DNA from: Candidatus Bathyarchaeia archaeon
Lineage (GTDB): Archaea > Thermoproteota > Bathyarchaeia > Bathyarchaeales > Bathycorpusculaceae
DNA length: 64,000 nt
Direction: 5' to 3'
Assembly (NCBI GenBank): GCA_050012255.1
Contig: JBEKHN010000003.1
Span: 64,001 to 128,000 of the forward strand
In this document: positions 56,489 to 64,000 of the stretch, piece by piece
Position numbering within the stretch: the stretch's first letter is position 1
How the letters are laid out: each line of letters opens with the position of its first letter
Program-made: the position numbers and the translations under genes
Notes under the pieces: generated by a model
The model's input: only the letters and a program-made list of their open reading frames with translations
Database searches by the model: none
Told to the model about the DNA's origin: nothing

Positions 56489-56995
56489 TTGTCCCGTGCC
56501 CCCTTGCCCTACAACCCAAAAATATTAGAGTTGTTCAAGAACCCGAAGAACCTTGGGAAAATGGAGGACGCCAGCGTATCAGCCGTCGCGGGAAACCCCA
56601 TGTGTGGAGACATGATAACTTTCTACCTGAAGATCAGCGACGAAGGCGTCATTGAGAAGGCATCGTTTGAGAGTTATGGCTGCGCCGCGAACATAGCCAC
56701 GTCAAGCATAGTCACTGAGATGGTCAAGGGCATGAAGCTTGAAGACGCGTGGAAAGTCTCCTACAAGAGCGTGGCGGAAGCCGTGGGCGGGTTGCCAACA
56801 GTCAAGTTTCACTGCGGCATCTTGGCCGTGGGAGCGCTGAAGAGAGCGTTAAGGAAGTATTTCGAGAAGACGGGGGCTTCTCCCAGTTGGCTGCAGAAAG
56901 AACCGAGCTTCGAGGAGAAACAGGCTTTGGAAGAGGAACAACTGGCAAAGATGCTTGAGAAAAGGATGAAAGCGGCAGAAGGAAAACAATGTTAG
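56489..56995 (+). CDS. iscU: IscU/NifU Fe-S scaffold
   Basis: NPKNLG, GNPMCGD, GCAANIA, KFHCG. Confidence 0.92.
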   Translation: MSRAPLPYNPKILELFKNPKNLGKMEDASVSAVAGNPMCGDMITFYLKISDEGVIEKASFESYGCAANIATSSIVTEMVKGMKLEDAWKVSYKSVAEAVGGLPTVKFHCGILAVGALKRALRKYFEKTGASPSWLQKEPSFEEKQALEEEQLAKMLEKRMKAAEGKQC

Positions 56996-58227
56996 ACCCC
57001 TACAAGATTCGGAAGGATTTTCCTATTTTGAAACGGAAGATAAACAACCACCCCTTGATCTACTTCAACAACGCAGCGACTTCACAGAAGCCGAGGCAAG
57101 TGATCGATGCCATCAAGGATTTTTATGAGAACCACAACGAAAACGTTCATCGGGCTGTGCACACACTTTCTCAAGAGGCTTCGGAACTCTATGAAAGCGC
57201 TCACGAAGCAGTTGCCAGTTTCATAAACGCTAGTGGGATGGAAGAGGTTGTCTTCGTCAGGGGAACCACTGAAGCCATAAACCTGGTTGCTTACGCTTGG
57301 GGGCTTCGCAGCCTGAAGGAGGACGATGAAGTTGTCCTGTCGTTGATGGAGCACCACAGCAATATAGTTCCTTGGGAAATAGTCTCAAAGATCAACGGGT
57401 TCAAAATAAAATACGCCGACGTGAACAGCGATGGAACTTTGAACTACGAGTCGTTTGAAAAAGTGCTCTCTAAGAGGACCAAGATAGTTTGCCTTTCTCA
57501 CGTTTCAAACGTTACGGGTATAATCAACGATGTGAAGAGAGTTGCGAGGACAGCGCATGAGCACGGAGCTCTGATGTTGGTGGATGGGGCTCAGTCTGTT
57601 CCGCACATGCCGGTGAACGTTAAGGATCTCGACGCGGATTTTGTTGCTTTTTCGGGCCATAAGATGTTGGGACCAATGGGCATAGGAGTCCTGTATGGGA
57701 AGCGTGAGGTTCTTGAGGAGCTGGAGCCCTTCCAAGGCGGGGGCGAAATGATACGGGAGGTTTCCTTCGACAAAAGGACGAAGCGTTGTTCGATAACTTG
57801 GAATGTTTTGCCGTGGAAGTTTGAGGCTGGAACACCGAACGTCGGCGGAGCGGTTGGGCTAATGGAAGCCGTGAGATACCTCAAACGCATTGGCATGAAT
57901 AACGTGAAAGAGCATGAGGAAAGGTTGACCGAGTATGCCTTGCCTCGCATGCAAGATTGTTGCAAGGAGCTTGAAATTTACGGAACGAAAGACACATCGA
58001 TCAAATGCGGGATAATTCCCTTCGGCGTGAATGGTCTGAGCTCTCACGATGTTGCCTTATTCCTTGACAATTATGGGATAATGATAAGAAGTGGTTTCCA
58101 CTGTGCTCAACCCTTACACGAAGTGTTTAAGCTGAGCTCCTCTGCAAGGGCAAGCTTCTATATCTACAATACTCGAGAAGAAATTGACACGTTCGTAGAA
58201 GTCTTGAAGGAGATCAGTCAGATCTAA
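56989..58227 (+). CDS. sufS: SufS-type cysteine desulfurase
   Basis: NAATSQKP, NVHR, MEHHSNIVPW, FSGHKMLGP, RSGFHCAQP, RASFYIYN. Confidence 0.93.
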   Translation: MLDPYKIRKDFPILKRKINNHPLIYFNNAATSQKPRQVIDAIKDFYENHNENVHRAVHTLSQEASELYESAHEAVASFINASGMEEVVFVRGTTEAINLVAYAWGLRSLKEDDEVVLSLMEHHSNIVPWEIVSKINGFKIKYADVNSDGTLNYESFEKVLSKRTKIVCLSHVSNVTGIINDVKRVARTAHEHGALMLVDGAQSVPHMPVNVKDLDADFVAFSGHKMLGPMGIGVLYGKREVLEELEPFQGGGEMIREVSFDKRTKRCSITWNVLPWKFEAGTPNVGGAVGLMEAVRYLKRIGMNNVKEHEERLTEYALPRMQDCCKELEIYGTKDTSIKCGIIPFGVNGLSSHDVALFLDNYGIMIRSGFHCAQPLHEVFKLSSSARASFYIYNTREEIDTFVEVLKEISQI

Positions 58228-58496
58228 TGGCTAGCTTAGACGATTACGTGGCCAGGGTTGAGGGAACGTGTGGAAAGGAAAAAGACGTTATAGTCGTATT
58301 CAAGTATGAGAAGAAGGAGGAAGCAATCCAGAAAATTCTAGGAAAGGCTACGGTGAAGAAGTCTATCGCTGGAATAGTCTTCGAGCTGACTTTCAGGAGT
58401 CACTCTTTCAGGCTTTATGGGAGTGGTAAGGCTATTCTTCGAGGCCTAGAGAACAAGGATGAGCTGAACGCCCTTCTGTCAGCGTTGCTTTTATAA
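58227..58496 (+). CDS. Small hypothetical protein, coupled to sufS
   Basis: TAATG overlap; VEGTCG; FRLYGSGKAILRG. Confidence 0.7.
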   Translation: MASLDDYVARVEGTCGKEKDVIVVFKYEKKEEAIQKILGKATVKKSIAGIVFELTFRSHSFRLYGSGKAILRGLENKDELNALLSALLL

Positions 58497-58684
58497 TCCT
58501 TGTTGCAACAGGAACAGTTTTCCCCTTGTCTTGAAATTGGAACATTTGACCTTCCGCTTCATCTCTCAATCTCAGCGTGCGCTTGCAGTCTATGTTCTTC
58601 TTGCTTCTAGCTTATTTGGAAGCTTCCCAAGTACTATTGGAGCTAAAAAGATACCCCCAAACGCCAATATTCGGTATGTGTCTT

Positions 58685-60124
58685 TCACTTTCCAACTCTG
58701 TCATTTCTATTTTTCGTCGCCTTACGTTCCACACTCTTCTCAGCAAGTACATCTTCTAATGCTAGAAGCTCAAGCAAGGTGCGAAACTTCTCTATTGCTC
58801 GCACGTCATTCTTGCTTATTAGACCCTTATCGAAACCATTCTGAAGTTGTAGCTGCAACCCTCTGCGCAGATTATGAACCATTTCGCCTTCACTTATCCC
58901 TGGCAATCTCATGGGATGAAAAGTTTGGTCACTGATTAGGTCATACTTTTCCGCTATTGTTTGCAGTTCGGAACCAACTATAGGGTTGGCAATTGACCAA
59001 CTGATGTATGTGAGCAAGTTTTGCCCTAACAGTGTTTTGGCAAAATTCAGTGTTTCTTCGACTTCGGCGCTGCTTTCAAATTCTAACTTGCCGTTTTCTT
59101 CCCAGGCGTTATACAGCATAAAGAAACCGTAGGCGCGGATATCGTGTCTTTTAAGCGTTTCACAGGTTTTGATCACGTCAGAGCGGGTGATGTATTTTCT
59201 GATGCCTTTAAGAACTCTGTCATTCGCAGATTCAATGCCTAGATGAACAAGCCAGCAACCGATTTTCTTCAATGCTTCAGCCAATGCTTCTGGAACTTTG
59301 TCGCAGCGGAGTTGACATTGGAATGCTGTATCGTTCAAGTGTAGTTTTTCGATTTCTTGGCAAACCTTTAAGGCCCATGTAATGTCTGAATTGAATGTAT
59401 CGGACCTCAAATAGATTTCTCGAACACCGTATGTGTCATGCACAAATTTGACTTCTTCCGCGACATTTTTTGGAGTTCGTTGTCGAATCCAAGGTTTCCG
59501 CTGTTTCCATACTGGATTACTACAAAAGGCACACTTGAACGGGCAACCCCTACTAGGCAGAACATACGCAATTGGGCTGTTCCGTTTCAGGGGTATGTCA
59601 TACTTGTCGAAGGTAACCATGTCCCATGCTGGAAAGAAGTCGATGTCGTCGAGCAGTTTGCTAGCTTCTTTTACCTTGTCACCGGTTTTGAAACCATCTC
59701 TGACTAATTCGAAGAAGACTTCTTCCCCTTCCCCAACGACACATATGTCTGTCGGAGATTCTCTGAGGACTTCATGAGGGTCAATGGTGGGGTGCGCGCC
59801 TCCTGCGACTATGGTGACGTCTGGAAGCATTTTGCGAATAGATCTTATCGTTGCGTACGCCAGTTTTTTCTTTGGAGTAGTGAAACTTATGCAGTAAGCG
59901 TCTGGTTTTATCTTCCTGACTGTTTCGAAATGTTCCTCTTTAGTCATCCATGGCTCCAGATAATAGAAATTGACGTCTGGCATTCTTTGCCTAACGTAAC
60001 CTATCAGGAAAATTATGCCAAGGTTAGGGCTCTCCGTGGCTGCTTCTCCCTGCAATTCTGACATTGGAATGTCGGCCATTACCACTTTCTTCGATGCTTT
60101 TTCAGGTCTGGTCAAGCGTTTCAC
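58685..60124 (-). CDS. Cobalamin-binding radical SAM protein
   Basis: PNLG...IVAGGAHPT...GEGE; SRGCPFKCAFC; LGIESAN. Confidence 0.93.
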   Translation of the reverse strand: MKRLTRPEKASKKVVMADIPMSELQGEAATESPNLGIIFLIGYVRQRMPDVNFYYLEPWMTKEEHFETVRKIKPDAYCISFTTPKKKLAYATIRSIRKMLPDVTIVAGGAHPTIDPHEVLRESPTDICVVGEGEEVFFELVRDGFKTGDKVKEASKLLDDIDFFPAWDMVTFDKYDIPLKRNSPIAYVLPSRGCPFKCAFCSNPVWKQRKPWIRQRTPKNVAEEVKFVHDTYGVREIYLRSDTFNSDITWALKVCQEIEKLHLNDTAFQCQLRCDKVPEALAEALKKIGCWLVHLGIESANDRVLKGIRKYITRSDVIKTCETLKRHDIRAYGFFMLYNAWEENGKLEFESSAEVEETLNFAKTLLGQNLLTYISWSIANPIVGSELQTIAEKYDLISDQTFHPMRLPGISEGEMVHNLRRGLQLQLQNGFDKGLISKNDVRAIEKFRTLLELLALEDVLAEKSVERKATKNRNDRVGK

Positions 60125-60276
60125 CTTTCAGGGAGATTATGCAGCATGGTCGCGCGCGCTTTCCAGTGGGCCGTGGTTCTTCCACAGTTAGGAGAATGAT
60201 AGTTTACATCTTGATGTTTTTCTTGCGTTTGGCGCACCTCAACTTTGGCACTTCTTCCTTCGCGATCATCATTCAT
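60121..60276 (-). CDS. Candidate 51-aa small ORF upstream of the radical SAM gene
   Basis: GGAGG SD 10 nt before the ATG; TGA overlaps the GTG start of the radical SAM gene (GTGA). Confidence 0.35.
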   Translation of the reverse strand: MNDDREGRSAKVEVRQTQEKHQDVNYHSPNCGRTTAHWKARATMLHNLPER

Positions 60277-60324
60277 TAATGATATTCCTCCACATCGGTC
60301 ATTAATAATGTTTTTTGGTGTGCT

Positions 60325-61809
60325 TCATCTGTTCATCCGGTTTCTGACTGCCAGCAACATCGTGCGTGCGAGATTTCTTGTTTCTTTGTCAAACGCGATC
60401 AGTAATGCTAGGTAAACCAGTGCGCCAACACCAGTGAATATCAGTGTTGAAGTTCTCGTTACTGGGTGACCTGCGATCAGAATTAGCGCCATAATCGCCG
60501 ATGCAACTGCGTACTTTGCAATGCTTTTCCATGGAATCTTCAATGTTACGGCCTTGCGCAGGACACTGAGCAAAACTAGAAACGAGATCAAATGTCCTAT
60601 CATGAATATTCCGGTGACGTAGGCTGCAACTAGCAACGGGTCGTTGTTCGCGAAATGTGTCAGAGCGTAGTAGGCTATCGGTAGGGTTATCGCTGAATGA
60701 AGGTAAGGCAAAGAGAAGGATATGAAAAGCCTGCTTTTCATGACCTGCCCGAAAGGTATCTTTGCTTCTTCGTCCACGCTCTCAATTCCATAGAGTATAG
60801 AGGTGAAAAACCCTGCGTTTGTCTGGATCAGGGCGTCGATCGCCATTATTACCAAGACCGGCATGGCAACGACGTACGTGCCCGACACGTTGAAAAAGAG
60901 GAGATACGAGTTAGGAATCGCGATCACTCCGGCAGTCATAGGAATTGCGAACATCAAAACCATCCTTAGAGAGGAGGTGACCTCATCCGTTTTCCGCTCG
61001 GCTAGAATTTTTGGGTATAATGCAAAAGCCAGAGCGCTGGAGTATGCTATTACGTTCGTGATTAGTTGGGTGGCAGTGTAGTAACTTACGCCGATCGTGT
61101 GGCCGTAAACGCTGAGCATGATGAATATGACACTGGCAATTCGGTCACCTATTACGCTGAATAAGTTGAATGTTGAACCTTTAAGCCACTCTTTCAGGTG
61201 GCTGAAGACGAACTTCTGTCGAAGTTCGATCCACATATTCTTGAGGTAGAACGCTATTTTGATGCCGAATGCTACTGCAAGGCTGAGAATTATTCCCACG
61301 AGGTCCAAGTGAAGTGCTATTACAAAAGTGTAAGCAAGCGCGACTTTGAGCACTTCTCCAATCAACAAACCGTAGGCTAAGAACTGTGGTCGCTGAGCTT
61401 GCAAACACGCTTCAAGGACTGTGATCAAGTAGGTTTCTATTATTTGTGTTGCAACTAGGACGTATACCAAAGCATAATCTTGTAGGCCAAACGCTTGCGT
61501 AACTAACGGCAGCAACGCTAGGTAGATAAGTGTGGCTATTGTCGCGATGGTCATGTTTGCCACGATCCCTGTTTTAGCTGCCCCTTCTTTGTCTCTGGCG
61601 ACGAAGCGCATCGTCCAGAATGAGAGTGCTCCTGACAACAGCGTGAAATACGGGATTATTATGGTGAGAAAGATGCCCCAGGCTCCTAGCTTTTCTTGTG
61701 ACAATGAACCCAGCAGTAGAGTGAAGAGGATGCCTGTGGCAACACTGATCAGCTTGGCTCCAAAAAATATGAGTCCTGAATACTGAACTCTTATTTCTTT
61801 CTTTGCCAA
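60325..61809 (-). CDS. Oligosaccharide flippase (Wzx/MOP family)
   Basis: About 14 TM, 494 aa, glycan-locus context. Confidence 0.8.
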   Translation of the reverse strand: MAKKEIRVQYSGLIFFGAKLISVATGILFTLLLGSLSQEKLGAWGIFLTIIIPYFTLLSGALSFWTMRFVARDKEGAAKTGIVANMTIATIATLIYLALLPLVTQAFGLQDYALVYVLVATQIIETYLITVLEACLQAQRPQFLAYGLLIGEVLKVALAYTFVIALHLDLVGIILSLAVAFGIKIAFYLKNMWIELRQKFVFSHLKEWLKGSTFNLFSVIGDRIASVIFIMLSVYGHTIGVSYYTATQLITNVIAYSSALAFALYPKILAERKTDEVTSSLRMVLMFAIPMTAGVIAIPNSYLLFFNVSGTYVVAMPVLVIMAIDALIQTNAGFFTSILYGIESVDEEAKIPFGQVMKSRLFISFSLPYLHSAITLPIAYYALTHFANNDPLLVAAYVTGIFMIGHLISFLVLLSVLRKAVTLKIPWKSIAKYAVASAIMALILIAGHPVTRTSTLIFTGVGALVYLALLIAFDKETRNLARTMLLAVRNRMNR

Positions 61810-61986
61810 GAAGCCACCCTTGTCGAATCAGATCATAACAGTGTAAGAGTATATTTTTTTGTGTTCTGGCACAATACGATTCTCACGCTTTGGATCAGTT
61901 TTTCGACCGTATGCCTAAGACTAAGCTGCGCCATAAAACTTGGCAGAAGCGAGTAAAAGCCTCGGCGTACGCGCTAAGGTGGTGTT

Positions 61987-63462
61987 CTACGTTTTCAAGC
62001 GAAGCCTGATTCTCACTTTTGTTCTGCTTATCAGGTTGTAAAGTGGGATAAGCGGATACTTTATTCGCTGCGGAAGAGCGTCTTTCATTTCTATATGCAA
62101 CCCAAGTTTTAGGGCCACTCTGCCCTTTCTTGTCAGTGGTATGTAGTACCGTGTCAGTTGGAACTTGACGAAGCCGTTGCTCTGTTTGAAGTTGTCGAGC
62201 GAGGGGTGATTTCCCATGCGCGCGTACATGAGCCATTCTTCATGGTTGCTTGCGCAAACTTCAACCGTCTTTGCTACTAAAGCGTTGTTCACTGCCTTAT
62301 CCCAGTGTTTTTGCAGTGAGAGTATCTGGGAGACTATGGCTATGTTGTCGCCGTGAAGTAGCTGTATGAATCCTGCAAGTTCATTTTGCAAAAAGGCTCC
62401 TACGTATGTCATATTTCGTGTCGGCGAGTGCAGGCCTTTAGTTATTGCATCCAGAGATACACCGTAGTGTGGGAACGCGCGGTCCTGTCTTATTGGGGTT
62501 TCGTTGTAGATTTTCCACATGCCTTCTGCTAGCTTCTCGTCTGGTTCGGCTATTCTTGTTTTTATTCCGCTTTTTTCTGCTTTGCGAATCATGTTACGGG
62601 TTTTCTTTCCTATGTTTTTCCACCAGTCATCGTAGCTCGTTATGTGAAGAAGTGCAATGTTGTCGTTTCTTTTGATCCAAGATGTTGGCTGTGAGAGTGT
62701 GTGTACCCATCTCCTCTCTAGGAAGGTGAATACGTCGACTCCTCTTTCTCGGATCTTTGTGAGAAATTCTTCTGTTGGGACAACATCTTTTTCATATTCT
62801 TCTGAGTTTTTAGCTATTGTGAAAAAGATTTTCTTGCGATATGCTATTGTTTCAACGTCGTTGTCCACGTTTAGTATCTTTCTTAATGTGTTGTAGAAGG
62901 GCCCTCTGTGGTTAATCTTTCCTTTTTGAAAAAGCCAGATTGGGTGGAAATGCAGGACTTGGTCTTCTCTTATGGTGCTTTGGGCGATTTTCACTGCCTT
63001 GTTAGTCGAAGTGGAGTAGCATATGGCGTCCAGATGTTTTGTGGGAAACTGGTAGAAGGAGATTAAGGGGAATTCTGGCGGGATTCTTGGGGATCTTGTT
63101 GTCCACCTTCTCCACATGATTCTTGCGAGCAACCTTTCTGTTCCGTGGACGGTGTAATAGCGCATTTTTTTCCCTGTAATTCTCTCCAGATTCTTCCATT
63201 CAGAATAAGGGTTGTTGACGATGTGAAGTGCAACTTCGTGTCTATCGTTGTTCAGGAGGCTCAGTAGCTCCCTGTCTGGGGTTGTTGCGGGGGTGAAGAA
63301 CCATGTGGCTTTCACTTCTTTGAGTGATTCATTTATCATCCTTGCGATTATTTTCGAGTTTTTCAGATAATCTTTGCTTGGCTTGATGCCTAGGGCCGTG
63401 TAGAAGAAGCTTTTGTTTCTGGACGGGTAGGGATAGTCAACGTCTATCCTCAGTTTTATCAA
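61987..63462 (-). CDS. Fusion of polysaccharide-deacetylase-like N-domain and GNAT/FemAB-like C-domain
   Basis: LRIDVD, ATWFF, HEVALH, HFHP; IGKKTRNMIRKAEKSGI, SLDNFKQSNGF. Confidence 0.65.
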   Translation of the reverse strand: MIKLRIDVDYPYPSRNKSFFYTALGIKPSKDYLKNSKIIARMINESLKEVKATWFFTPATTPDRELLSLLNNDRHEVALHIVNNPYSEWKNLERITGKKMRYYTVHGTERLLARIMWRRWTTRSPRIPPEFPLISFYQFPTKHLDAICYSTSTNKAVKIAQSTIREDQVLHFHPIWLFQKGKINHRGPFYNTLRKILNVDNDVETIAYRKKIFFTIAKNSEEYEKDVVPTEEFLTKIRERGVDVFTFLERRWVHTLSQPTSWIKRNDNIALLHITSYDDWWKNIGKKTRNMIRKAEKSGIKTRIAEPDEKLAEGMWKIYNETPIRQDRAFPHYGVSLDAITKGLHSPTRNMTYVGAFLQNELAGFIQLLHGDNIAIVSQILSLQKHWDKAVNNALVAKTVEVCASNHEEWLMYARMGNHPSLDNFKQSNGFVKFQLTRYYIPLTRKGRVALKLGLHIEMKDALPQRIKYPLIPLYNLISRTKVRIRLRLKT

Positions 63463-63577
63463 TTGCTCGCGTGTTCTCCTGCTGTTGCTCGGCCAGTCGG
63501 GATTTTTAGATGATAAAGGTTGATATAACTGCTTTTATAGTATAGGCTCAGGTTCCTATTCGGAGAGCTGGTCTTCG

Positions 63578-64000
63578 ATGAAGGTTGTTATGGTTAACGA
63601 TGCTGCTTTTGTGGGACAGACGTTGCTTAAATATTTGCCTAATGATGTAGAGAAGCAGCATATTAAGCGTACTAGAGGTTTGTGGAGTAAGACTTTTGGA
63701 TTAGCATGGAGGATTTTGAGGGCCAAAGGAGACGTTTACCACGCGAATTATCTTCTTCAGGATTGTTACATTGCGTCCCGGCTCGGGAAGAGACCTCTCG
63801 TTGGAAGCGCAATGGGAAGTGATTTGCGGCAACAGCTTGGGAGCAAGAAATGGGGCTGGATTGTCAGACATAACCTGCGGAGTTGCGACAAAATCCTAGT
63901 AGTTCAGCCAACTCTATTAGATGTTGCAAAGAATTTTAACAGCACGGCGGAGTATTTGCCGATTCCTTTCGACCCGGAAATATTCTTTCCTAAGCCGCTT
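63578..64000 (+). CDS. GT4 glycosyltransferase, truncated by the window end
   Basis: MKVVMVND...DVYHANY...MGSDLR...CDKILV...P.D...F.P. Confidence 0.8.
   Translation, partial: MKVVMVNDAAFVGQTLLKYLPNDVEKQHIKRTRGLWSKTFGLAWRILRAKGDVYHANYLLQDCYIASRLGKRPLVGSAMGSDLRQQLGSKKWGWIVRHNLRSCDKILVVQPTLLDVAKNFNSTAEYLPIPFDPEIFFPKPL

Overview
Archaeal chromosomal segment. Class I LysRS, Hel308, archaeal AsnA, AcnX, UPF0147/UPF0148, a BHB-intron tRNA and frequent TTG/GTG starts point to a TACK lineage, most plausibly Bathyarchaeia (inference). It holds about 55 protein genes and three tRNAs: Glu-TTC, Arg-GCG, and Arg-CCG with two introns, one at the non-canonical 29/30 position. Main blocks are nitrogen assimilation (split three-subunit glutamate synthase, asnA/asnC-like divergon), the AcnX pair, an SPFH/zinc-ribbon membrane module, an accessory Moco/solute-binding region, two convergent deoxyhypusine synthase paralogues, a RimK/RLAN/GCS2 peptide-ligase divergon, an IscS-IscU-SufS operon and the start of a surface-glycan locus. 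The most striking observation is 47129..48853, which has the size, topology and ordered motifs of eukaryotic ribophorin I (RPN1/Ost1), a non-catalytic oligosaccharyltransferase subunit. No CRISPR array, rRNA, transposase or integrase was seen. All calls come from reading the sequence and from remembered family motifs; no database searches were run.
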